The notes under the pieces: model-generated
What the model was told of the DNA's origin: nothing
What the model saw: only the letters and a program-made list of their open reading frames with translations
The model's database searches: none
From: Alphaproteobacteria bacterium
GTDB lineage: Bacteria > Pseudomonadota > Alphaproteobacteria > RF32 > CAG-239
DNA: 64,000 nt
Direction: 5' to 3'
NCBI GenBank assembly: GCA_045639065.1
Contig: JAZUCK010000016.1
Coordinates: 7,705 to 71,704, forward strand
Position numbers and translations under genes: made by a program
Shown: piece by piece, positions 1-9,174 of the stretch
How the letters are laid out: each line of letters opens with the position of its first letter
How positions within the stretch are numbered: position 1 is the stretch's first letter

Positions 1-1470
1 AAGGTCGGTTATTTGGAGCAAGAGCCGAAATTAGATCCTACAAAAAATGTGATGGAAAATATTATGGACGGTTTGGGCGAAACAAGGGATTTGCTCAAAG
101 AATTTGAAGATGTTTCAATGAAATTTGCCGAGCCGATGAGCGATGAAGAGATGAATGCTCTTATCGAACGTCAGGCTGAATTGCAAGAAAAAATTGATGC
201 GTGTAACGGATGGGATTTGGAACGCACAATCGAAATTGCCATGGATGCGCTTCGTTGTCCGCCTTCTGATGCTGATGTTACTAAATTATCAGGTGGCGAA
301 AAACGTCGTGTAGCTTTGTGTCGTTTGTTGTTGCAACAACCTGATATGCTTTTATTGGACGAGCCTACCAACCACTTGGATGCCGAATCGGTTGCTTGGC
401 TTGAACGCCATTTAAAAGATTATAAAGGAACGGTGGTAATGGTTACTCACGACCGTTATTTCTTGGATAATGTTACCGGTTGGATTTTGGAACTCGACCG
501 TGGTCAAGGTATTCCTTATGAGGGCAATTATTCTTCTTGGCTTGAACAAAAGCAAAAACGTCTTGAACAAGAAGCCAGAGAAGAAACTGCTCGTCAAAAA
601 GTTTTGGCTAATGAATTGGAGTGGATTCAAAAGAATCCTAAGGCCCGTCAGGCAAAATCAAAAGCTCGTATAAATGCTTATGATGAATTGTTGGCTCAAT
701 CGGCTAAAGACAAAATTACAACCGCAAATATTCATATTCCGATGACCGAAAGACTTGGCGATTTGGTTATTGAAGCCAAAAATATTTCAAAAGCTTATGG
801 CGACAGAGTGCTTATTGATGATTTGTCTTTTAAAATTCCCAAAGGTGCGATTGTCGGTATTATCGGTCCTAACGGTGCCGGAAAAACTACATTATTCAGG
901 ATGATTACCGGTCAGGAACAACCTGATAGTGGTGAAATCAAACTTGGCGAAACAGTTGATTTAGGTTATGTTGACCAATCTCGTGATGAGTTATCCGCCG
1001 ATAAAAATGTTTGGGAAGAAATTTCTGACGGTTTGGATATGATTAAGCTCGGCAAAGGCGAAGTTCCCTCTCGTGCTTATGTCGGACAGTTTAACTTCAA
1101 AGGAAGCGACCAACAAAAGAAAGTCGGTCAACTTTCCGGTGGTGAGCGAAACCGTGTTCACTTGGCAAAAATGCTTAAAAAAGGTGCTAATGTTATTTTG
1201 CTCGATGAGCCGACTAACGACTTAGATGTTGATACACTTCGTTCACTGGAAGAAGGTATTATGCAATATCCGGGATGTGTGCTTGTTACTTCACACGATC
1301 GTTGGTTCTTAGATCGTCTTGCAACCCATATTTTAGCATACGAAGATGAAGGTCATGTGGAGTGGTTCGAGGGCAACTTTGAAGAATACGAAAAGGACAA
1401 AGTCCGTCGTCTCGGTGAAGACGCCTTGCGTCCGCATAGGAGTAAGCATAAGACTCTTACCCGCCAGTAA
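1..1470 (+). CDS. ettA: ABC-F family ATPase, EttA-like (energy-dependent translational throttle); 5' end truncated by window
   Basis: Two ABC cassettes are present. The Walker A is GPNGAGKT, signatures are LSGGEKRR and LSGGERNR, and Walker B is [16 protein letters not shown]. The frame is open from base 1. Confidence 0.8.
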   Translation, partial: KVGYLEQEPKLDPTKNVMENIMDGLGETRDLLKEFEDVSMKFAEPMSDEEMNALIERQAELQEKIDACNGWDLERTIEIAMDALRCPPSDADVTKLSGGEKRRVALCRLLLQQPDMLLLDEPTNHLDAESVAWLERHLKDYKGTVVMVTHDRYFLDNVTGWILELDRGQGIPYEGNYSSWLEQKQKRLEQEAREETARQKVLANELEWIQKNPKARQAKSKARINAYDELLAQSAKDKITTANIHIPMTERLGDLVIEAKNISKAYGDRVLIDDLSFKIPKGAIVGIIGPNGAGKTTLFRMITGQEQPDSGEIKLGETVDLGYVDQSRDELSADKNVWEEISDGLDMIKLGKGEVPSRAYVGQFNFKGSDQQKKVGQLSGGERNRVHLAKMLKKGANVILLDEPTNDLDVDTLRSLEEGIMQYPGCVLVTSHDRWFLDRLATHILAYEDEGHVEWFEGNFEEYEKDKVRRLGEDALRPHRSKHKTLTRQ

Positions 1471-1491
1471 AAAACTCGTATAACAGCACAT

Positions 1492-1574
1492 CTAGAGCGA
1501 TTTTACGGAGTAGCCAAAAATTCACGTAGCTATTTGTACGCTAAAATTTTTGTCTCTCCTAGAAATCGCTCTAT
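1492..1574. repeat. Palindromic MITE-like repeat element, copy A (ctagagcGattttacggRgtagccaaaaatt ... aatttttgKctcYcctagaaatcRctctat)
   Basis: An imperfect inverted-repeat hairpin starts 22 bp after the ettA stop. It is about 80% identical to the copy at 50918-51001. A 22-bp imperfect direct duplication of the flank lies at 1477-1498 and 1671-1693. Confidence 0.6.
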
Positions 1575-1702
1575 CTGTACTATTCTCCGAGTTTTTTTGT
1601 ACACTCCGCTTTCGCCGTCTTTATTTCTTATTATATGCACACGCTATCCAACCTTTTTGTAAAAAAAGATCGTATAACGGCTCATCTAGAGCAATAAAAA
1701 AG

Positions 1703-1730
1703 AAAAGGCACCAATTGGTGCCTTTTTCTT
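1703..1730. terminator. Rho-independent terminator hairpin (aaaaggcacc aatt ggtgccttttt), bidirectional
   Basis: A GC stem with T-run on + and A-run on - lies between convergent ettA and the 102-aa minus-strand ORF. Confidence 0.6.
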
Positions 1731-1740
1731 AAAGTTCGTG

Positions 1741-2049
1741 TCATTTTTTCTTTTTTTGTTGAGCTTCTTTTTTTTGGAAAAATTTATCTCGTAATTCAGT
1801 ATAAGACCATTTCTCACCTGTTTGGTATTGGATTGCAACGATATTACCTTTTTCGTAGATTAGGTAATCGCCTTCTTTCAATAATAATAGGCGAGCATCC
1901 CACTCTCGTTCGACACTTACGATGAAGAGCGAACATATCTCTTCGATTGTATCATCTTCTAATAAGATGATAAGATCCTCATTTTGTTGTAAAGTTCTAC
2001 TTCTGCTTTTTATTCGCAGAATTTTTTTTCTTACTTGCGTAGTTTTCAT
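1741..2049 (-). CDS. hypothetical small protein (102 aa) with Lys-rich C-terminus
   Basis: The ORF is intact and ends just before the bidirectional terminator. No recognisable motif. Confidence 0.4.
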   Translation of the reverse strand: MKTTQVRKKILRIKSRSRTLQQNEDLIILLEDDTIEEICSLFIVSVEREWDARLLLLKEGDYLIYEKGNIVAIQYQTGEKWSYTELRDKFFQKKEAQQKKKK

Positions 2050-2251
2050 ATTTTTATTTTTTTGGTTAATAATGTGTAGAATAAGACTTAATTTGAGAGC
2101 AGTAATACTATGTTTTGTCTAATTTGTCAATGTAAATAATGTATCAATTTTTTTGCTTAAAACTTAGGATAGTTAATTGAAAATTTAATATTTTTTGTTA
2201 TCTTGCAGTTAAAATTAGCATAAATATGATTTGTTTTTGAGGAAGAATCTT

Positions 2252-2989
2252 ATGGAAACACAAGTGTTACAAGAAGTTGCAAATAATTCGTCGATGTGGG
2301 ACTTGCTTTGGTCATCGGATATGGTTACCAAGGTAGTTTTAGTTGGGCTTATTTTTGCATCTGTTTGGTCATGGGCAATTATTTTTGAAAAGTTCGGAAC
2401 ATTGCGCCAGTTAAAAAACAAGACCGAAAAATTTGAAGAAAAATTTTGGTCAGGCGGTTCTTTGGATAGACTTTATGATTCTTTGGGCGCCCACCCGAAA
2501 GAGCCTATGGCAAATATGTTTGTTGCGGCAATGAAAGAATGGAAACGCACTAATATATTAAAATCTAAAACCGACAGAGGTTTGAGGGGTGTTTCGTTGC
2601 AACAACGCATTGAAAAGGCAATGCTTGTGTCAATGGATAAAGACCTAAATTCTTTAGAAACTCGTTTGGGGTTTTTGGCTTCTACCGGTTCGGTAGCGCC
2701 ATTGGTTGGTTTGTTTGGAACGGTTTGGGGTATTATCAACAGTTTTAATGCGATTGCTTTAACCCAAAGTAACTCATTGTCAGCTATGGCTCCAGGTATT
2801 GCCGAGGCTTTGTTTACTACTGCTTTTGGTTTGATTGCGGCTATTCCGGCGGTGGTTGCTTATAACAAAATTTCTTCCGATTTGGATAGATATGCTAAAA
2901 AGTTGGAAGCATTTATGTCAGAATTTTCGACCATATTATCTCGTGAAATTGATGATACGGCTATCAGAGCCGAGATGGCAGGGGAATAA
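2252..2989 (+). CDS. tolQ: TolQ/ExbB family proton-channel protein
   Basis: A MotA/TolQ/ExbB-like 3-TM protein. An RBS gaggaag precedes the ATG at 2252. It is followed by tolR and a tolA-like gene. Confidence 0.8.
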   Translation: METQVLQEVANNSSMWDLLWSSDMVTKVVLVGLIFASVWSWAIIFEKFGTLRQLKNKTEKFEEKFWSGGSLDRLYDSLGAHPKEPMANMFVAAMKEWKRTNILKSKTDRGLRGVSLQQRIEKAMLVSMDKDLNSLETRLGFLASTGSVAPLVGLFGTVWGIINSFNAIALTQSNSLSAMAPGIAEALFTTAFGLIAAIPAVVAYNKISSDLDRYAKKLEAFMSEFSTILSREIDDTAIRAEMAGE

Positions 2990-2991
2990 AT

Positions 2992-3423
2992 ATGAAAATA
3001 AACACAAGACGTCGTTCGAGCCGGTATCAGCTTAATTCTGAAATCAACATTACCAATTTGATGGATGTGATGATGGTGTTGTTGGTGGTGTTTATGGTGG
3101 CAGCTCCGTTGATGACGTCGGGTATTGCACTCGATTTGCCGAAAGTGGGCGGTAAAAATTTGGAAGGACAAGATACTTCCATCAATATAAGTGTTGATAA
3201 AGATGGTTATTACTATATCGGACAAACCGAAATTCCGGCAGACAAAATTGTGGCAAAGCTTAATGCTATAAAAGGGCAAAATAACGAGGTTACAGTCACT
3301 ATTTCCGGTGATGCCGGTGCCGAATATGGCAGAGTTATCGGGTTGATGGCTATATTGAAGGAAGCCGGTTTTGATAAGGTGGGGTTAAAGACCGAGCCTA
3401 AAATGTTGAACAGGAAAAAATAA
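2992..3423 (+). CDS. tolR: TolR/ExbD family protein
   Basis: It has an N-terminal single TM (LMDVMMVLLVVFMV) with the conserved Asp and ExbD/TolR topology. It starts 3 bp after tolQ. Confidence 0.8.
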   Translation: MKINTRRRSSRYQLNSEINITNLMDVMMVLLVVFMVAAPLMTSGIALDLPKVGGKNLEGQDTSINISVDKDGYYYIGQTEIPADKIVAKLNAIKGQNNEVTVTISGDAGAEYGRVIGLMAILKEAGFDKVGLKTEPKMLNRKK

Positions 3424-3429
3424 AAGCAA

Positions 3430-4362
3430 ATGACTTCGGGGTTAAAAAAATCGATTGCATTGCACCTGGCATTTTTATTGCTATGGATTATTGAAGTGCC
3501 CATGTTTTGGTGGAACAAAACAGATGCGGGGCAAGTGCCGATTATTGTCGATTTGAAAGATGTTAAAATCTCGGAAATGACTAATCTTCCACCAAAAGCT
3601 AAGTTTGGTAAAGAAGATAAGGAAGCTTCTCAGGTTAAACGAAAAATTGAGAAAAAATACACCAAAGAAGAAGCTTCTGCACCGGTGGAAGAAAAAAAAG
3701 AAATAAAAGAAGAAAAACCTAAAGAGGATAAAAAACAAGAAGCGGTTGCCGAAGAAAAGCCTAAAAAGGACTTTTTGGTTGCTCCTCAACCTAAAAAACC
3801 ACAATTGAAAAAAACACCAAAGAAGGAACAACCGAAGAAAAAGCAACAGCAAAAGAAAAAGGTCGAAAAGGAAAAGAAAAAAGATGAGCCACAGTTGGCT
3901 AATCCGTTGAAGAGTTTGTTGGCCAGTGTTGATGCTTTGGAAAAAGAGACAAATAAATCACAAACGGCTACTATTAAAGAAGGAACTGATGTGGCTAATA
4001 TGGGGGTTGAAGGCGGAACAGCCGGTTCGTATTTTAGCGAATTGTCAATCTCGGAAATGGATGCTTTAGCCGGACAACTTAGGGCTTGTTGGAATCTCGA
4101 TCCCGGTGCTATGGGTATTGAAGATATGATAATTGAGATTAAGGCACAGCTTAATCAAGACGGTGGTGTTTATTCGGTAGAGATTATGAATAAGGGACGA
4201 TATGCTACGGATACGCATTTTCGCTCGGTTGCAGATAGTGCGGTAAGGGCGGTTCATATTTGTGCACCGTATAAGATATTGTCGGAGAAATATGCTGAAA
4301 AATATGATGAATGGCGAGTTTTGCGTTTGAGGTTTAATCCGATTGACCAGTCGGTGAAATAA
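3430..4362 (+). CDS. tolA: TolA-like (or TonB-like) envelope-spanning protein with Lys/Glu/Pro-rich central linker
   Basis: An N-terminal TM is followed by a long KE-rich helical linker and a C-terminal globular domain. It lies immediately downstream of tolQR. Confidence 0.6.
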   Translation: MTSGLKKSIALHLAFLLLWIIEVPMFWWNKTDAGQVPIIVDLKDVKISEMTNLPPKAKFGKEDKEASQVKRKIEKKYTKEEASAPVEEKKEIKEEKPKEDKKQEAVAEEKPKKDFLVAPQPKKPQLKKTPKKEQPKKKQQQKKKVEKEKKKDEPQLANPLKSLLASVDALEKETNKSQTATIKEGTDVANMGVEGGTAGSYFSELSISEMDALAGQLRACWNLDPGAMGIEDMIIEIKAQLNQDGGVYSVEIMNKGRYATDTHFRSVADSAVRAVHICAPYKILSEKYAEKYDEWRVLRLRFNPIDQSVK

Positions 4363-4390
4363 CAAACTATGATTATTTATAAAAAAGTGC

Positions 4391-4420
4391 TTGATTTATA
4401 AAATATTTTTTTGTAATAAT
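4391..4420 (+). promoter_or_regulatory. sigma70-like promoter for tRNA-Trp (-35 TTGATT, 17-nt spacer, -10 TAATAA)
   Basis: The hexamers fit consensus with 17-bp spacing, about 14 nt upstream of the tRNA 5' end. Confidence 0.4.
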
Positions 4421-4433
4421 TAGTTCGCACGAT

Positions 4434-4509
4434 AGGGGTATAGCTCAGTTGGTAGAGCACCGGTCTCCAAAACCGGGTGTCGTGAGTTCGAATCTTACTG
4501 CCCCTGCCA
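4434..4509 (+). tRNA. trnW: tRNA-Trp (anticodon CCA)
   Basis: The sequence is nearly identical in architecture to E. coli tRNA-Trp. It has an AGGGGTA acceptor stem, a CTCCAAA anticodon loop, a GTTCGAATC T-arm and a 3' CCA. Confidence 0.9.
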
Positions 4510-4542
4510 AAAAAAAGCCACCTTTTAAGGTGGTTTTTTTAT
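4510..4542 (+). terminator. Rho-independent terminator (gccacctt ttaa ggtggc + T8)
   Basis: A perfect hairpin followed by a T-run sits directly after tRNA-Trp. Confidence 0.8.
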
Positions 4543-4728
4543 TGGCAATAGGGGATGTTAGGTTCGAACTCACGAAGAAAGTGAGTTTGACAAGGAAGAC
4601 AAGGTGTGCGGAAGCCCACCGGTCAACGAAGTTGATGTCTGACGAAGCAACTCGAGCAAAAGCGAAGAGTAATCTTACTGCCCCTGCCAAAAAAAAGCCA
4701 CCTTTTAAGGTGGTTTTTTTTGGTTTGA
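4541..4728. repeat. tRNA-Trp 3'-end scar: inverted degenerate copy of tRNA 3' end (4541-4577, minus) plus direct copy of last 19 nt of tRNA and the whole terminator (4671-4728)
   Basis: The segment aatcttactgcccctgccaaaaaaaagccaccttttaaggtggttttttt occurs twice, at 4491-4540 and 4671-4728. The reverse complement of 4546-4577 matches cgtgagttcgaa...cccct..gccaa of the tRNA 3' end. Confidence 0.7.
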
Positions 4729-4787
4729 GAAAGCTGAGTTATTGATGTAGCTTTAGTGAAAAAACTTTTATAGAATGTAAAAAAATA

Positions 4788-6341
4788 TTGAATTTGTCGG
4801 TGACTTTTTTTAAAATCCGAACAGTATATCATAATAAAGTAATTTATATTTTTGAGAGATTGTCTGTGAATTTTTTTAAGAAAATAGCTCTATATTTATT
4901 TATTGTTTCAGTTCTTTTTTTAACAATTGTTCCGATAAGTATTTATGATCACTTTGGTCAAATAAGTATAGAGAGTATGATGTTTCATATTGCTATGCCT
5001 AAAAAAGGTATGGCAAATGATTGGTTTATTTTATCGTATATGGAATTGTTGTTTGTTTTTATTTTTTCTGTTGTACTGTTTATCAGTATATTAAAATTTG
5101 AAAAACAAAGAGTTTTTTTGATAATTTTACTTATATCTGTGTCAATATTTGATATTTATTATATTAATTATAATTTTTCGTTATGGAAATATATCGTAAG
5201 CCAATATGAAGCCTCAGATTTTATTGAAAAAGAATATATAGATCCTAAAAAAATATCAGTTACGTTTCCTTTGAAAAAACAGAACCTTATTTTTATACAG
5301 GTTGAATCTATGGAAGCATCTATGCAAGATGTCAAAAGTGGAGGATTGGCTGATAAAAATTATATTCCTGAATTAACGAAGTTGGCAGAAGATAATATTA
5401 ATTTTTCTGCATCTGAATTGACCGGAGGGGCAATAGTTTTGCCTGAAACAGGTTGGACAATGGGTGCACTTGTTGCCGAAACTGCCGGTATTCCATTAAA
5501 ATCGTATAGAATACATAAGGTTTTTGATCAGGTAGGTAATTCTTTTGATAAATATGATTCATTTTTAACAAAAGTTGTGTCACTGGGTGATATCTTAAAA
5601 TCATCGGGTTATGAAAACTATTTTATATTGGGAACTTCAAAATATTTTGCAGGACAAAATATTTATATGGAAAATCACGGAGTGCATGAAATATATGACT
5701 ATGAATTTATAAAGAAAGATATGGGTGTCGAAAAGCCGGAAAAAAGTTGGTGGGGACTTTTAGATAGAGATGTTTATAATTTTTCTAAAAAGAAGCTATC
5801 GGAAATTTCTAAAGGACAATATCCGTTTTCTGTTATTATACAGACGATAGACACTCATCGTAACGGTTTCTTAAATCCTGAATGCAAGGCAAAACATAAT
5901 GAGCTTATAAAAAATGTATATTCTTGTGTATCAGCTGAATTAGATAAATTTATTTCGTGGATAAAGAAACAAGACTTTTATTCAAATACGACCATTGTTA
6001 TTGTGGGTGATCATTATAATATGACCAAAGGATTGTTTAATACGAGCGTAAATTTAAAAACCGGATTTTATGAAGGAACTCAACGAAGTGTATATAATGC
6101 ATTTATTAATTCTCGCAACAGGCCAAAACAAGAAAAAAATCGATTGTTTTCGACTATGGATATATTCCCGACAACATTGTCGGCCTTAGGTGTAAAAATA
6201 GAAGGAAATCGTTTGGGGTTGGGAACAGATTTGTTTTCGGGTGATAAAACACTTTTAGAAAAATATGGTTATAATTATTTGCATAATGAATTGCGAAAAA
6301 AATCAAATTTTTATAATAAACAGCTACTTTTTCCTGATTAA
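4788..6341 (+). CDS. LtaS/OpgB-like membrane sulfatase-family phosphoglycerol or phosphoethanolamine transferase
   Basis: N-terminal multi-TM region is followed by an alkaline-phosphatase/sulfatase-like domain (TIDTHRNGF, IVIVGDHYN motifs). The start codon is uncertain. Confidence 0.55.
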   Translation: MNLSVTFFKIRTVYHNKVIYIFERLSVNFFKKIALYLFIVSVLFLTIVPISIYDHFGQISIESMMFHIAMPKKGMANDWFILSYMELLFVFIFSVVLFISILKFEKQRVFLIILLISVSIFDIYYINYNFSLWKYIVSQYEASDFIEKEYIDPKKISVTFPLKKQNLIFIQVESMEASMQDVKSGGLADKNYIPELTKLAEDNINFSASELTGGAIVLPETGWTMGALVAETAGIPLKSYRIHKVFDQVGNSFDKYDSFLTKVVSLGDILKSSGYENYFILGTSKYFAGQNIYMENHGVHEIYDYEFIKKDMGVEKPEKSWWGLLDRDVYNFSKKKLSEISKGQYPFSVIIQTIDTHRNGFLNPECKAKHNELIKNVYSCVSAELDKFISWIKKQDFYSNTTIVIVGDHYNMTKGLFNTSVNLKTGFYEGTQRSVYNAFINSRNRPKQEKNRLFSTMDIFPTTLSALGVKIEGNRLGLGTDLFSGDKTLLEKYGYNYLHNELRKKSNFYNKQLLFPD

Positions 6342-6467
6342 AAATGTTTAATGTTAAGGTACAGACTTAATGTCGTTACAGTATTAGAAATTTTGTGATT
6401 ATGGTTTTTTATTGAAAGTAATACTTTATTGATATAACGTTATTATGTTTTTTTATATACGGAGGTT

Positions 6468-7403
6468 ATGGTGTTAAAGCTTATTTTACCAGAAGAGAAA
6501 TATTGGAATTCGTTTATGTCCGGTGTTGAGGAGTTAAAAAAGTCTCCCACACCATATGATACGATAGGAATGAAAGCCGGTTTAAATTTTGATAATTTTG
6601 CCGATTATAAGCTTGATTGCGAAAACAATCGATTAGGTATAGGCTTAAAAGAGGGCTGGGTATCTTATAGCAGATTGTGGTTGATAGAAGATGAAAGATT
6701 TGTCGGTGTTTTTGATTTGCGCCACAGCCTTACCGAATATCTGAAAAAAGAGGGCGGTAATGTTGCCTATTATATTATTCCTTCGGCCAGAGGCAGAGCT
6801 TTGGCTCAAGAGGGACTGAAGCTTTGTTGCAAATATGCTCATGAGGTTTTGGGACTTAAAGAAGTTTTGGTTACTTGTAACGCCTTAAATATTGCGTCGT
6901 ACAAAACTATGAAAAAAGTTATGTATGCACATGGCGGATCAGAGGCGTCCCCTATTATGCTTGGAGAAAAGGAAGAAAAAAGAGTATGGATAAAAACCGA
7001 AGCCAAATGGGGAAGAATAAGATCTTTGGCGGTTGCTGTTATAAAAAAAGGCAGCAAGGTTTTAGCAATCAGATGTTATGATGATATTAAAAAACAAACT
7101 TTTTATCGATTGATTGGCGGTGGTATCGAGTTTTGGGAAAAAGGCGAAGATACAATAAAAAGAGAGTTTAATGAGGAGCTCGGATTTGAACCGATAAATA
7201 TTAAATATTTTAAGACGGTTGAGAATATTTTTGAGTTTAACGGCAAAAAAGGTCATGAGATAGTTTTGGCATATCAGGCTGAATTACCGGAGAATATGCT
7301 TGATAATGAAAAATTTTATATGATGGAAGATTTTTTGAATGGCCGATATGCCGAATTTGTTGACATAGAAGGTAATTTAATTTATCCGGAAGATATATTA
7401 TAG
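6468..7403 (+). CDS. GNAT acetyltransferase - NUDIX hydrolase fusion protein
   Basis: The N-terminal half is a GNAT-like fold. The C-terminal half carries a clear Nudix box (GGGIEFWEKGEDTIKREFNEELGF). Confidence 0.6.
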   Translation: MVLKLILPEEKYWNSFMSGVEELKKSPTPYDTIGMKAGLNFDNFADYKLDCENNRLGIGLKEGWVSYSRLWLIEDERFVGVFDLRHSLTEYLKKEGGNVAYYIIPSARGRALAQEGLKLCCKYAHEVLGLKEVLVTCNALNIASYKTMKKVMYAHGGSEASPIMLGEKEEKRVWIKTEAKWGRIRSLAVAVIKKGSKVLAIRCYDDIKKQTFYRLIGGGIEFWEKGEDTIKREFNEELGFEPINIKYFKTVENIFEFNGKKGHEIVLAYQAELPENMLDNEKFYMMEDFLNGRYAEFVDIEGNLIYPEDIL

Positions 7404-7407
7404 AACT

Positions 7408-7677
7408 ATGGAACTTAATAAAATGAAAAATTTTAATTATATTACTAATGGTGTTTGTTCGACTAATATCAATTTTGATATAGATAACGGCAAGATTTAT
7501 AATGTAAAATTTAACGGTGGTTGCATGGGAAATTTGAGTGCTGTTGCAAAGTTGGTTGAAGGCAAAAATGCTCAGGAAATTGCCGATGTTTTGCGCGGAA
7601 ATGACTGTAGAGGTAAGGGAACTTCTTGTGCAGATCAACTTTCTAGAGCTATTGATGCGGCTTTGAAAGAATTTTAA
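7408..7677 (+). CDS. TSCPD-domain small protein (TIGR03905-like)
   Basis: 89 aa with the motif GKGTSCADQL and conserved Cys spacing. It starts 4 bp after the upstream stop. Confidence 0.55.
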   Translation: MELNKMKNFNYITNGVCSTNINFDIDNGKIYNVKFNGGCMGNLSAVAKLVEGKNAQEIADVLRGNDCRGKGTSCADQLSRAIDAALKEF

Positions 7678-7735
7678 TAGAACTAAAAATTTTTAATGTT
7701 TTTAAATGTCAGAGCATCTGTTTTTGAGGAAGGAT

Positions 7736-8197
7736 ATGATAAAAGTTTTATTTGTGTGTCTCGGAAATATTTGTCGTTCGCCAATGGCAGAGTTCGTATT
7801 TAAGCAAATGGTTGAAGAGCGAGGTTTATCAGATAAGTTTGAAATTGATTCAGCTGCTACCGAAAGTTATAATGAAATGTGTCATGCCGGAATTCATTAT
7901 GGAACACGCGAGATATTAACCTCGATGCACATACCTTTTGAAGAACATTACTCTCGTCGTATTCGTGTAACTGATTATGCTTATTATGATTATATTTTGG
8001 CGATGGATGATAGCAATATTGATGATATTCAATCTATAGTCGGTATTGATAACGACAATAAAATACATCGTTTATTAGATTTTGCAAAAAATCCTCGTAA
8101 TATAAAAGATCCTTGGTATACCGGTAATTTTGATGAAACTTATTGGGATATCGTTGAAGGCTGTGATGCTTTTTTGCAATATTTGAATCTGAAATAA
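7736..8197 (+). CDS. low-molecular-weight protein-tyrosine phosphatase / ArsC-like
   Basis: The P-loop VLFVCLGNICRSPMAE (CX5R) sits at the N-terminus and a DPWYT-like D-loop is present. An RBS gaggaagg precedes the ATG at 7736. Confidence 0.8.
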   Translation: MIKVLFVCLGNICRSPMAEFVFKQMVEERGLSDKFEIDSAATESYNEMCHAGIHYGTREILTSMHIPFEEHYSRRIRVTDYAYYDYILAMDDSNIDDIQSIVGIDNDNKIHRLLDFAKNPRNIKDPWYTGNFDETYWDIVEGCDAFLQYLNLK

Positions 8198-8229
8198 TAG
8201 GTCTGTTGAATAATAAAGGTAGTATTTGA

Positions 8230-9045
8230 ATGTTTAAGGCAATAAATTTTAATGATGATATTTTAAGTTCACCTGATTTTAAGAACGATGAAATTTCTTT
8301 TAGTTTGATACCTTCGTTGATTAGGAACAAAGATAGATATCCGGAAATAAAATGTTTTTCTGACGGTAAAGATTGTGTGATGCTAAATACCGACGCCAAT
8401 CATCCGGTTGTTATTTGGACAAGTAAGAGTTTTAATAATTATGAGGGGTTATATTCTTTTTTGACTGAAACTTTTTCCGATAACACACCTTTAATGGTTA
8501 CCACAAAACCCGAAGTCTATCAGTTTTTCAAAAATAACAATCGACTTGCCGACAGCCAAGATACCAAAATTCTCGGAGCTTATAAGTGCGATAAGTTAAA
8601 CCATATTGAAAAAAGCGGATATATAGATTCTGCAAAGGCGGAAGAAAAAGAAATAATTGCTAAAATGATTGAGGCTTTTGAAAAAGAGGCATTGCCGGAA
8701 GAAAAACATCCTTACTCATATTATTTGGAACAAGCTGATAGATATATTAAAATTAAAGATATGAATAAAATTTGGCGAGATGAAAACGGCAATATAACTT
8801 CTATCGGTCATATCAAGACTGTTGATACAACAGCAAGAATAAGTCAAATATACACATTGCCGGATAAAAGAGGAAAATCGTATGCTAAAATGTTAGTTAG
8901 TGAATTGGCCGAAATCATACTGAAAAATGATTTAACTCCGGTTTTATATACTAATTTTCAATATGAACCGTCAAATAGGTGTTATAAAGCAGTCGGATTT
9001 GAATTGTTGGATACAATTTATACTTTTAAGCTAAAAAAGGTTTAG
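8230..9045 (+). CDS. hypothetical protein, possible C-terminal GNAT-like acetyltransferase fold
   Basis: The C-terminal third resembles an acyl-CoA N-acyltransferase core (…RGKSYAKMLVSELAEI…NRCYKAVGFEL). Confidence 0.35.
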   Translation: MFKAINFNDDILSSPDFKNDEISFSLIPSLIRNKDRYPEIKCFSDGKDCVMLNTDANHPVVIWTSKSFNNYEGLYSFLTETFSDNTPLMVTTKPEVYQFFKNNNRLADSQDTKILGAYKCDKLNHIEKSGYIDSAKAEEKEIIAKMIEAFEKEALPEEKHPYSYYLEQADRYIKIKDMNKIWRDENGNITSIGHIKTVDTTARISQIYTLPDKRGKSYAKMLVSELAEIILKNDLTPVLYTNFQYEPSNRCYKAVGFELLDTIYTFKLKKV

Positions 9046-9124
9046 ATAAGTAAAACCTGTTTTGAAGGATGTTTTTGAGTGGTGTCCTGATGCATGTTGC
9101 AATTTGTGATATCACATAAACAAA

Positions 9125-9160
9125 AAAACAGTGAGAAAAAGTTTTCTCACTGTTCTTGAC
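9125..9160. terminator. bidirectional Rho-independent terminator (aacagtgagaaa aagt tttctcactgtt)
   Basis: A perfect 12-bp stem lies between convergent ORFs and is flanked by A and T runs. Confidence 0.7.
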
Positions 9161-9174
9161 TTTAGATTGACCTA

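Noticed and set aside
3481-3852. Minus-strand 123-aa Phe-rich ORF
   Set aside because: It is antisense to the Lys/Glu-rich linker of the tolA-like gene. AAG/GAA-rich coding sequence produces TTC/CTT on the other strand, so this is a compositional artefact.
3600-3900. Apparent simple-sequence repeat (aaagaa/gaaaaa) region
   Set aside because: It is coding low-complexity for the KE-rich TolA-like linker, not a DNA-level satellite.
4445-4745. ORFs of 81 and 98 aa overlapping tRNA-Trp and its duplicated terminator
   Set aside because: They run through a tRNA gene and two terminator hairpins, so they are spurious.
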